A stretch of 64,000 nt of DNA, taken from the NCBI RefSeq assembly GCF_001194135.2, contig NC_068994.1, forward strand, positions 22,382,747 to 22,446,746, written 5' to 3'. Each line of letters begins with the position of its first letter. Position 1 is the stretch's first letter. Shown here one piece after another: positions 38,401 through 49,904 of this stretch. The position numbers were made by a program, and so were the translations under genes. The DNA is from Octopus bimaculoides. Taxonomy: Eukaryota. The notes beneath the pieces are model-generated. The model did no database searches and was not told where the DNA came from. It saw nothing but the letters and a program-made list of their open reading frames with translations.

Positions 38401-39920
38401 GGTTGTTGCCAGTGCCGCTGGATTGGCTCCTGTGCAGGTGGCATGTAAAATACACTATTTTGAGCGTGGCCGATGCCAGTACCGCCTGACTGGCCTTCGT
38501 GTCTGTGGCACGTAAAAAGCACCCACCACACTCTCAGAGTGGTTGGCATTAGGAAGGTCATCCAGCTGTAGAAACTCTGCCAAATCAGATTGGAGCCTGG
38601 TGTAGCCATCTGGTTCGACAGTCCTCAGTCAAATCGTCCAACCCATGCTAGCATGGGAAGCGGATGTTAAACGATGACAATGATGATACATACACACACA
38701 CAAGGCTTTTTTCAGTTTCTGTCCACCAAATTCACTCATAAGGCTTTGGTCAGCCTGAGGTTATAGTAGAAAACACCTGCCCAAGGTGCTACACAGTGGG
38801 ACTGAACCTGGTTGGGAATCAAGCTTCTTACTACACAGCCATGTCTTGTATAGTGCTGTCATTCAGAATGTTTATTTCTAATGGTAGTATTGCTTACACA
38901 TGACTATATTGTTTCATAAGGAAAAGTAATTATTCATGTAATTATATTTGACATTTGCATATTAAATGATAATTTGAGAGTAAGTTTACAAAACAATGCA
39001 AGAATAAAGACATCATTAGGCACCAAATAGAAACCATGTTTAATTCGAACACCAGATTTGGGGCTAAAGATGGCATACGTTCAGGTAACATCAATAGAAT
39101 ATTCAGTCACTATTCTAATATTTCATGGTTTAAAAATATGGTAGAAACAACCCGTTTTTTAGTTATTTTATTATTATTCCCTGACCCATAGCCTCACACA
39201 TACACGCTCAGGCACACACATTCACATCTTCAAGTTATGTTAACCATTTAAAAAAAACCCACAAGAACTATTACATTCGTATTTGCCTATTTCTTAATAA
39301 TTCTATATACAATAAAGGGTCAAAAAAAAAAATTACATGAGATAATTTAGAAATAAAAGATTAATGAAAGTGAATATGTGAAAATAGTTTTTGTGTTTGT
39401 AAATGGTTAACATAACTCCTCCATAATATAACTGCTTCAACTTCATCACCTGATCTCATATCAATTTACTTGCCAAGCAAGTACAATTCCAACAAATATA
39501 TATATCATCGTAATTGCAGATTACACAGGCTATCAACAATTCTTTGTGGAGACAATAAACAAACACGTAAGATAATCATTATCAGTTCACAAGTGGGTTT
39601 CATAATTGTAAGAGCGCCAATTAAATGTACTCTTTCCAAAAATTATAATTTTCATGCTATTTTTTACATCAAAAGAAGTTCATAATTTTCATTGTAATTA
39701 CAACTGTCCTGTTAATATTTAACAAAGACACTCACAAACATCTATGCATATAAAGAGAAATTTGAAACTCTGAAAAAAGCCAAAGGATGGAAATAAAATA
39801 GAATCCAAGAAGTGTAAGTGTTCTTCTATTAAAAAAATAATAAAAAGGAGCCAAGCTGATGTGATATGCTTGTGAAAGACACAATAGATCATTGGAAAAG
39901 AAGCTATCACAGAAATATTT

Positions 39921-41762
39921 TCAAAGGTTAGAAGCCTCATTGTTCAAAGTTGAGAGGTAAGCTTCATGGATCTTAGCCAGGAAATTTGCATCATTTCTTA
40001 AAAGATATAATAAAGCTTGTTGTAATTGCTCTTTGGTCAAAGGTACAAGTGAAGTATGTGAAACATCGGCCACATCACCAGAATTACATGAATTTGTCAG
40101 TGTTGTTGCCGATTTTGCTTGGGGTGAAACAAAAGCCATAGGTGACAATAAAATATCCAGGTTAGTTGGACCAGTTCCTGAGCTATGTGGCCCTGATGGA
40201 ATTGTTTCAAGATCAGCAGGAGTCAAAAGACTCTGTGATCCAGTTTTAGTTGCAGCAGGGGAAGGGTTATGGATCAATCCTGAGTTAGCTGAGTGATCTA
40301 ACCTAGCTACAAGCAAGTTGGCCATTGAGTCATTGAGTGCAGCATTGCCTGGTGCATTTTTCCCAATGGGAGACAAAAGTGTGTGTGTAGCCTCTGGAAG
40401 AGGCATCTGTTGTGGGTTATTTGCATTCATGTGGCCTAAGTTTGAAATAGCTTCCTTTGGAGATTGAGACAAGGCAAATCCTTGATCTGAAGAATGTGAG
40501 TTAGTAAGAGCTGAAGAAGTAACAACAGAATGTAATTGCTGGAAACCTGTATTCTGGTTCAAAATTGTTGATGTTGTAAGATTGGAACTGTTTTGGTAGA
40601 TATTTCTCAGCATGTCAACACCACTTGTTACATCTTGAGCAGTCGTTGGAGATGACAAAACATGAGTCCTTGATGGTACAGCTTCACCTCGTTGTTGACG
40701 TTCAATGTCTTCTACCAGAGAAACAGTGGACCCCAGTTGCTTCATTATAGAAGGCATTTGGTTAGAAGGGATTTCATTATCCCTATTAGAAATATTTGAC
40801 AATGGACTTTGGTTAGCTACTTTGGAAGTATTTTTCCCAACATCGTTACTGGAAAAGAGTTTTTCAAGGCAAATTTGAGAGGAAATTTCTCTTCCAGGCA
40901 GAGTCACACTACTGTAAGCATCAATTTCATTGTCGGAATTTTGAGACGAGTTGCCAATACACAGAGGAGTGGGTCGAATCAACGAAGTGGAGCTTGCAGC
41001 TGCTTTGCCAGGGTTATCAGTAAGAGTTACTGGCTCAGGTCTTTTCTTTATATCTTTAGATTTATCATATTCATGCTGAGCTTTAGTAAGCAACTGTAAA
41101 ATACCGACAGGTCTATTGGCAGGCATTGATGCAGCAGAAGTAGTCACAATTTGTGGAGTAGCAGTTGTCACAATAGGCACAGGAATTGATGGTTCCTTCT
41201 TTACATCAGATGAACGATCGTCTAAGGAATCACTTTCCGAGGCACGCCTTTGTCTAGTACAGTTCTGGGTTTTAGCATGATGGTTTGTAATGGCTAACTG
41301 GACAAGACTATTCATAAGCTGACCCACACGAGCACATTCATCTTTATCATAGAACCAAATTCCACAGATAGCTTTTGCAGTTCGATAAAGCAAAAATGGA
41401 TCATGAAGTTGAAATTCTAAGTCTTTTGTTATCGGTTCAATTAGATTATTGGGGCCAAGTCGATTTAAGATCATAAATCCATTATCAGGAGAGGCAGATC
41501 GTCTGTAAACAAATAAAGTTCCTTCTATAGCAGTTCTTTCCCATTCATTTTCCTTTGCACTAAATAGATATAGTGCTACTTGCTTTGCTGTATCAACTAT
41601 GGCGGTGATGTAAGGATCTTTCTGTTGAAGAGCAGCAAGATTCATGCGCCCTTCAGCAGCCACAGGGAGAAATGCCAAAGGATTGGTTAAACTCAAAGAT
41701 GCAGCACCGCTTCCACTAGCTGAAGCACCATTAGTTGTATTCCCCAGAGCTGGATTAGACAT
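39921..41762 (-). CDS. DCP1: mRNA-decapping enzyme 1 (DCP1A/B orthologue), 613 aa, intronless CDS
   Basis: N-terminal EVH1-like Dcp1 domain (MNLAALQQKDPYI...EGTLFVYRRSASP...ILNRL...GIWFYDKDEC), a helical Leu-rich motif (GILQLLTKAQHEYDK) and the C-terminal trimerisation domain (LTKEQLQQALLYLLRNDANFLAKIHEAYL). The track start at 41813 is TTG; the first in-frame ATG is at 41762. Splice acceptor at 41853-41854. Confidence 0.97.
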   Translation of the reverse strand: MSNPALGNTTNGASASGSGAASLSLTNPLAFLPVAAEGRMNLAALQQKDPYITAIVDTAKQVALYLFSAKENEWERTAIEGTLFVYRRSASPDNGFMILNRLGPNNLIEPITKDLEFQLHDPFLLYRTAKAICGIWFYDKDECARVGQLMNSLVQLAITNHHAKTQNCTRQRRASESDSLDDRSSDVKKEPSIPVPIVTTATPQIVTTSAASMPANRPVGILQLLTKAQHEYDKSKDIKKRPEPVTLTDNPGKAAASSTSLIRPTPLCIGNSSQNSDNEIDAYSSVTLPGREISSQICLEKLFSSNDVGKNTSKVANQSPLSNISNRDNEIPSNQMPSIMKQLGSTVSLVEDIERQQRGEAVPSRTHVLSSPTTAQDVTSGVDMLRNIYQNSSNLTTSTILNQNTGFQQLHSVVTSSALTNSHSSDQGFALSQSPKEAISNLGHMNANNPQQMPLPEATHTLLSPIGKNAPGNAALNDSMANLLVARLDHSANSGLIHNPSPAATKTGSQSLLTPADLETIPSGPHSSGTGPTNLDILLSPMAFVSPQAKSATTLTNSCNSGDVADVSHTSLVPLTKEQLQQALLYLLRNDANFLAKIHEAYLSTLNNEASNL

Positions 41763-44279
41763 TGAATCACTTTTATAAGGATGTTTGTATTGAAATAACA
41801 AGACTAGAGACAAATATGGTTACAGAGAGACATTTCATCAAGATGATCAGTTCTGAAAAATGAAAGAGAAAAACAAAATTAAATTTAGTTAAAAATGCAT
41901 ACAAAAACAAAACAAAAACCAATATTTATAGAATAGATTTTAAAATGATTTTATACATTTTTCATGTTAAATAAATAAAGAACTTTGCATACATATTTCA
42001 GTACAAGAATTTATTTTACTTTGGTGCAAAATAAGACATTATCACTTGATCATCCATGGTGATCAATTCTACAGTTGTAGGGAGTTAAGGGTTGATTATA
42101 ATAAACGAAACCATTTGAAAAGAGTTGCATAGCAGTTGGGGGGGGGGTAAAATAAAGCTAGTTCCAGAGGCATCAACAAAATGATATTAGATAAAAGAGG
42201 AAAACACCCACTTAAAGCTAAGTGAAAATGGATAAATGTAGACACCGAGAAATAAAGAAGGTTGCTGATTTAGTTTGATAAAAAATAAATAAGGCAACAA
42301 TGGGTAGCCAGAGAGAAAGCACTAGAGTAGTTAGCAATGTGTAAATTTATCAATTTATATTTAGCCAATATAAATTTATCAATGGTTATAACCAGTAAAT
42401 ATTGAAATAAAATAAACATTTCTTAAGTAATGAAATGTGTGTGTTTGTGAACAATTACTAGCTGTCAATTGACGATACATTAAAAAAGGTAAATTTGTTG
42501 GGAAGCCTTACAAAATTAGTTTTCATGCTCTGATCAAACAGGTGTAAGAAAGCAAGCAGCTGTAGTACTAATATTGAGAAAAGAAATTATTGCTTAGTGA
42601 GAGTGCAAAAATAGCACCTATGATCTTTCTCAAAGACACCAAAACTAGTGGAAGGAATCTGTCCTTAGACAGGAGACCTGGTCATGATGATTGTAACAAA
42701 GTGGATTCTGGCACCAAAGGACCAGATAGTGATATTAAACTGAAAAATATACTCTCCTTTTATTCTTTTGCAGCTGCAGATTTTAAAATTTCATTTACTT
42801 ATCTATCTTTAAAAATCACTGGAACTATGAATCCTAATTTATTGATTTCTAAATCAAAACTATCATTTTGTTACCTGTATGAAATATTACCCTTAATACA
42901 TGAGAGTTATTTAAATGATTTATAACAAGACTTCAAACACACGCACACACTATATACTTTGGAAGGGTCATTTTGCCAACAAAATCACACACACACACTA
43001 GACTAGATGCATTTCACTCCTTTTTATTTGTATCAGTCAATTAACTAGTCAACTGTCGGATCTATCAAGTAGTTCGTCAGAGCTCATTTGTCAGTCTGCG
43101 ACCTGATCGATAGCGTGTCCTCAACTTCTGTGAGGACAGAAGAGGGGTAGATGAGAACCCACTACAAACGAAAGGACTGTGACGAGCCAACTTGACTGAT
43201 TAAACAAACGATCGATCAGTTAGCTAATGACAATAAAAAAAGAGAAATCAAAAATCGTTTCTATTGATAAAACGACCCAACTGGAGTACACTATCAAGTA
43301 TCTTACAAACTGAAGACATATATAATACATATATTCGATGTTTACCAAAACAAAGTTAAATTTATAATTCGTGGTTTGCACCAAAATCATAAAAGACATT
43401 TAGCTAGTGAAATGCAAACGTAAAAACAGCTGTTGTTTGGCCATATCACCGTCCCAACAGTTTTCTAGTAATTATGTTAAGCCAAAACAGATGTTGGACA
43501 GTCCCAGTTCAGCCCCGCTCGAGTAGACATATGAACAAACGTTCCAATTGTGACCATCCAATTATTTTGTATATATGTAACTACATTGTCCAGTATGTCC
43601 TTCCTTTTCAAGACAGCAGGGCATGATTTGAGAGTAATTAGACTGCTACTTCTAATATGCAGAGTAATTACACTGAGATTTCCTATAAATAAGAAAATTT
43701 ATAACTCGGGTGACTAGAATACCTGGAGCCAATCGATTCTCATTAGACCGGACATAAACGAGTGTGCAAAATAAAATGGTGGACACATTCTCTTTTGTTA
43801 AAACTATTCCGCCTGCTTCTACATATTACTATGGTTTCAATAATAGAGAAAATATTTTAAGAGAATAAATATTTCCATAGAATTTGTTCTATTTAAAAGC
43901 AAAGCAATCGTTAAAAAATGCATCAGAGTACAGTTATTCGAGTAACATATAAAGTAACGGCTTTTAATAACCAATATACAGTAGTAGTATAATTCTGATA
44001 GTCTTATCAAAATTAAACATTAAATAAAAAAAATCGGATACTATATCGGGAAGACAGAATTCCTAAAGTAACTGAGTCACTAAGATTTATAGAATATATT
44101 TTTATACTAACTTCTTTACAAAAGTCATCTGAAATGAAATACATATCGATGTATGTCAATTATCTAAATATTTCCTTTTCACTAACTTTATAGATATTTT
44201 TTTCTGTAGTATTAGAGAAAGGTCACAGTTTTCTATTAAAATATTCTAGAACTGTGAAAATAACTGCGATTTCGTGTAC

Positions 44280-44580
44280 TATCGCCATGTTGAAGGTGTT
44301 TACCTTCAACAAATGCAGAAGGAACGAAGGATAAAAAAGATTTTAAAAAACAGCAGTAATAATCAAAATCCAATCAATAATAAACTCTATGTGCGTGTGT
44401 GCGCGCGCGTGTGTGTGTGTACATGCGTGTGCGTGCATTTGTGTTAGAAAGTAGGCTGCAGTGTGGAGTAGAAGCTGGAACTGTATTGCCAACTATCGAC
44501 ATAATCCACCAACAGTTTTTACTGTCCTATGTTTTCCCGATGTTTCTGCTGAAACCGACAGCTCCACCTAAAAAGTAAGT
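44280..44580. promoter_or_regulatory. Putative bidirectional promoter region between DCP1 (-) and the ZNF (+)
   Basis: YY1-type CGCCATGTT at 44283-44291, CpG-containing (GT/GC)n tract at about 44390-44436, and a plus-strand donor-like AAAA|GTAAGT at 44575. No transcript evidence. Confidence 0.4.
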
Positions 44581-44787
44581 GTCACCACAGACAATAAGAA
44601 AACACCCAGCTCACTTGTCATCCTACTCCGACCCAATACCAAACCACACAGCTTTTCCTGTTTACGCAAACACAATTTTGTTTACACTCACCTATGACAA
44701 CACAGTAACACACATATTTATGTATTACAAAGAAGCACACACAGCTATCTTTTTATTTCCTATGCATTACAACAGAAACGCGTGCGG

Positions 44788-44824
<37 letters not shown>

Positions 44825-46175
44825 CTGTGAGAAATTATTGGCATGGGTGTTATTTCAAGATGCTGGTGTTGGAAACAGAAATTGAAACTTGATAGCAAAC
44901 ATTTTCCATCTGTACAGCAGCACGGATAGCCCGTAATCAAGGTAGTCTAGAGAAACAGAATTAAATATCGAGATCGTGCATTCAGGTTACATAATTACAA
45001 TTTCATAACGCAAGCATACATACAAACACGCATTTCAATAGTTTGATTAAGGCAAAGCAAAGCATTTACATTATAACAGACAGACACACCTATCACTGAG
45101 GGTGTAGGGACTGTTTGTGTATGCGTGTGTGTGTGTGTAAAAGTATACGTTTGGCACGAACGCAGTTCTAATGTAGGCTCAATTATGTAGAGTGTATACT
45201 TCATTGTGATAATAAAAGGCCTTTATTTCCACATGATAATACACAGAATAATATATACTCATAGATACAAATATATAAAATTATATATAGATATATAGAC
45301 ATAAACACTTGTATATGTATATGTACATATACACACACACACATATATATATATATAAACATACATAAGCCTATTAATGTGATTTTGATTTAATTTCGGA
45401 TTTTTCTCCTAGTTTTTCTCTTAATTATTAAACCACTTTTTTCCCCTGCATTTTAATAGATTTTTACCTCTTAAAACAAATTACTGAAATTCATAATTTT
45501 AACAATCATCACAAAAGCATCCACACATATACACACACATTCGTACAAATGTATCAAAATAATTCACATATCTTGAACCAAAAGCAGTCGTTTAATGACT
45601 GTTTTTATGGCTGTGTATACACACACACACAGATATGTAGATAGATAATTAGAGACAGACTGCTGGATAAGTGGAAGCATGGCTGTGTAGTTAAAAAGTT
45701 ACTTCCCAACCATGTAGTTTCAGGTTCAATCCTAGTGCACTGAGGAAGTGTCACCTATCATAACCACAAGGTAACCAAAACTTTTGCGAATGGCTTTGGT
45801 AGATAAAAAGTGGAATTATCCTGCCACATATATATATATATTGATATATAAGGGTAAGATCCAGAGATCCAATTGTAGGAAGTGGACAGTGTACAGTCAG
45901 AAACAAGAACAATTTATTGGTGTCAAAGGTTATACACTTTTTCCCCCTATGAAAGTTATGAGGAAATTTGATAAGCTGAAAGTTTCTGTACAGCTCATAG
46001 TTAGCAACTAGAGTTGCTATGAATGTGAATAAAAATTCAAAAATTGAGGGAGTAGAATGGGTAAAATGATTAGATAAGTTGTGTGTCCCTTGTTGAGTAA
46101 TTATTACATCAGAGGATCAGCTCGCTGAGAAACATATGTAGCCTGGATTTTACCCATTCCATTCCCTCAATTTGG

Positions 46176-46220
<45 letters not shown>

Positions 46221-46339
46221 TATTGTCTTGAAACAAGTGTAGAAGTGGACTTAACATATGTTTTAAGTGGCATAAGTCATTCAAATTACATATGTTGGTT
46301 GAGTAACTATTCCTCTATAGTAACTCTCCTCTTTGGTCT

Positions 46340-46940
46340 TCTTCATTGCAGGGAAATAATGGGTTCCAAGCAGAATCAATATGTCATCATTGAATTTTTT
46401 TATATAAGAGTGGTGCAGGCCATCCAACAACCAGATGACATAACTGACAAGAGCAATGTTCACATGCAGACAAAGAAGGGGAAACCTGCATTGAAGACAA
46501 ACCATGCAACTGTAGCCACTAACATTAATTGCCAGTGAGTGGAATAATTGATTCACACAGGCAAGTCACAATCTGTGAGATTATTCCACACAAGGCATTA
46601 TAGAAGACAAACAGAAAACTTTGGGTATTGGAAAGAGTGTGCAAAGTGGGTATGTTCGTAGTTGACATCTGATTTGAAGGAGAGGCGTGGAAGTCTGCTC
46701 TGACCTGATGGAAGCATTTGAAGCCTATGAAGACATGCTTTTTCTAATCTGGTAACTTGGGATGAAATGTGGGCATATAATTATGATCCATAAATATAGG
46801 ATCATTGTATGAAATGGCCTCATACCTCTTCTCCAAAACCTACGAAGTTCAAGAGCCAGTGACCAGAAAAGAAAATCTTGGTGACTGTTGGAGGAGGGAG
46901 GGATGACAAGGGTATTATTCTCCTTGATTTTCTGGAATGT
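46340..46940 (+). mobile_element. Mariner transposase remnant
   Basis: Translations ...VEVCSDLMEAFEA...LVTWDEMWAYNYDP...SSPKPTKFKSQ...KGIILLDFLE match the mariner VTGDETW.HHYDPE...SP.PKK.K...GVILIDFL. Confidence 0.75.
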
Positions 46941-47781
46941 AGTTTTTATCATATAAAAATTTTCATTACTTTTGCAACCTTGTCAATGGATGCCGACATA
47001 AATGGCCATATGTTTTATTAGTGATTGTCATATACAAGGCTAAGTCAGGAAGAGAAAGTATATCACGTGTGTGTGTGTGTAAAATTCCATCATTTAAAAA
47101 AAAAAAAAATCAACATATAGTGAATTGTTTTCAATTCTTTTGGAAATATCTCTCATAAATTTATAACAAAAAATTGCAGTTACAGTTTGATCAAAATACC
47201 TGTTACCCCAGCCATTGCAAAACTTCTTACTACATCTCAGTTATTATAATCCCTTCACTTTCCTCACACCTGTATTTAATATTTCCAACTGCTACTCACT
47301 CCCTTGACATCTGTTGTTTCAGTCTCCATCAATAATGGTGATCACAAACAAAAATACTTTGAAAATATATATAATGTACACACACACACACATATATCAT
47401 TATTTTAGCATCCACTTTTCCATACTTGCAAGTGTCATACAAAATTCATTGAGGCAGTTTTTCAACAGCTGGATACACTTCCTGTTGCCAACCATCACCT
47501 GTTTTCTCTGTAATATTTTCCCAAATGACCTGCCATGTTTTCACTGAAGATTGCAAACCAAATGGTACTACTTGTATGATGGTGACATTTACGTACAATA
47601 AGCATATGATGTCAAGACAAGGAGACAGAAAGACAGATATGTGCACATGTATATTCATACATATATAATGGGCTTTTTTCAGTTTCTGTCTATTAAATCC
47701 ATTCACATAGTCAGTTCAAGGTTATAGTTGAAGACTCTTGCCCAGCGTGTCTTACTATGGGACTGAAACCAAAACCATGAG

Positions 47782-47819
<38 letters not shown>

Positions 47820-47823
<4 letters not shown>

Positions 47824-48143
47824 AGAAACAAGTTAAAAATAATGGTCATTACATAATTTTTCCTTTATTGGAGCAAATTTGGCTTACAGCTGTTTCCAGT
47901 AGTCATTATAGGTATATTACTGATAGGTCTAATCAATTGGTCTATTGTCATAACCAGAAATGGCTCTGATGAAAGTAGCATTAAATTTCTTAGCTCATTC
48001 AATTTTCATCAATTGATCAGTTGACTAAGTGGGTAAACCTATCAGTAATGTGACTATAATGACTACTGGAAACAGCTGTAAGCCAAATTTGCTCCAATAA
48101 AGGAAAAATTATGCAATGACCATTATTTTAAACTTGTTTCTTA
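47820..48143. mobile_element. Tc1/mariner-type MITE with about 110-bp TIRs inserted in (TA)n
   Basis: ...ATTGGAGCAAATTTGGCTTACAGCTGTTTCCAGTAGTCATTATAG pairs with CTATAATGACTACTGGAAACAGCTGTAAGCCAAATTTGCTCCAAT...; TA flanks. Confidence 0.85.
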
Positions 48144-48974
48144 TATATCACTCTGTGTAAAAACTAGTTTGTCTGGAGCCCATCCATGTATTTACAATAG
48201 AGAAATGTGATGAACCATAACCTTGAACCCTGCCACAAAATTACCTGAAGTTCTTCACTAATCTAAATAATATTGTTAGCCCGATGTGCCAACAGAGAGC
48301 TTATGAAGTATTTTGCCCAGATTGATAATCCCTCACAATTAGTTCTGGTTTATATAATACATATATATATATATATATACACGCACACACATATATAGGT
48401 GCAGGTGCAGCTATGTGGTGAGAAATTTGCTTCCCAACCACATGGTTCTGGGTTCAGTCCCACAGGGTGGCACATTAGGCAAGTGTCTTCTTCTGTAGCC
48501 TCAAGTTGCCTGAGGCCTTATGAGTGGATTTGGTTGACAGAAACTGAAAAAAGCCAGTTGTATGTGCATGTGTTTGTCCCTTAGTATTACTTCACAAACG
48601 GTCTTGGTGTGTTTATGTCCCTGTAATTTAGTAATTCAGCAAAAGAAACCAGCACTAGTGTGGTGCCATGCAGCTTCCAAGACTACAAACCCTAAAAGAG
48701 GTAACTTTATACTAGAAGACGAGGGGTTAAAATATGAAGGAAGGGACCAGAGCAGAACAGGTGTTTTGCTGTTGAAGAACTAAATGGTTACTCACATTAT
48801 AGAAGAGAGGGAGAGCAAGCAAAATGGAGTTGTTGAGAGATAAAGATAGAGGAGATGAGCTATAATTTTGGGTTCAGTTCCAATGTGTAACATTTTGGGG
48901 CAAGTATCTCCTAAAGTCCCCAGACTTTCCAAAGCCTTGAGTGGATTTTGCAGATGAAAACTGAAAATGCCATG

Positions 48975-49340
48975 TATATATATCATCATCATTTAACGTC
49001 CGTTGTCCATGCTGGCATGGGTTGGACGGTTTGACTTGGCTGGCATGCTGGATGGCTGCACCAGACACCAGTCTGATTTGGATGTCCTTCCCAATGCTAA
49101 CCACTCCAAGAGTGTAATGGAATTCAACCACCTAACCTCCGTGAGGCCCAACATTCAAAAGGAACTCAGCCACTTTACCCAATGCTTGAAAGGAACTCAG
49201 CCACTTTGCCTCTGTAAGGCCCAATGCTCGAAAGGAACTCAGCCACTTTGCCTCTGTGAGGCCCAACGTTCAAATGATGTTCTTTACGTGCCACCAGCAT
49301 GGGTGCACTTGGCTTGATGGGTCCTCTCAAGCACACCATA
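48975..49340 (-). mobile_element. Non-autonomous RTE-derived element with internal about 42-bp tandem repeat
   Basis: (GAT)n tail at 48982-48992; AAAGGAACTCAGCCACTTT occurs three times in 49158-49250. Confidence 0.75.
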
Positions 49341-49904
49341 TTGCCTAAGGTCTCAGTTATTGTTAATGAAAATAAGTAAATATATTTCTCATACCTCACA
49401 CTAACAACCTTTCCCAGTCCTTCCCTCATAAAATAGTCATCCCTAGCAATGATGAAAGGTAACAGACAGATGGAATACTATATGTATGCACCTGACAGGC
49501 GGAACGTTACAACCATGTACCCTTACAAGTAGAACACTTCATGTAAATATCAACAGGTGGTAGACTATGATACAATAAGTAAGTACTTATAGATGTCACA
49601 CAACATTAAGTACTGACAAGTGGTGTGTTAACAATGAAGAATGAAGCTTAATGATGATGTAAGGTGACTGACAGATAAGTAGAATACTACAGGTGTATAC
49701 AAACAGGTGGCACACTATGTGTAAGTACTAAATGGTTGTCAAGTTGCATCTAGGTACCTAGAAGTATTGGTGTGGGTGATACTATTACAATCCGCATCAG
49801 TAGTAATGATATGTGGATCAATCGTAACATTAGTGTGACTGTTAAGCTGGTGGACTGACAGATCATCAGACAAAATGCTTTTCAATATATTTCATCAGGC
49901 CTTA

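Noticed and set aside
40033-41099. Plus-strand ORFs antisense to DCP1, and the overlapping ORFs within the ZNF (52898-53698)
   Set aside because: Shadow frames of real genes with no independent domain signal.
41763-41813. DCP1 N-terminal extension MSLVLLFQYKHPYKSDS given in the ORF track
   Set aside because: It starts at TTG within the spliced 5' UTR; the first ATG in frame is at 41762.
43050-43085. CTGACGA on the minus strand as a hammerhead core
   Set aside because: No stem II followed by GAAA at the required spacing.
49137-49272. CRISPR-like direct repeats
   Set aside because: Eukaryotic context, no unique spacers and no cas genes; it is a tandem repeat inside an RTE derivative.
49540-49730. 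Cluster of CAGGTG E-boxes in a loosely repeated motif
   Set aside because: Looks like a decayed tandem/TE repeat; no independent evidence for enhancer function.
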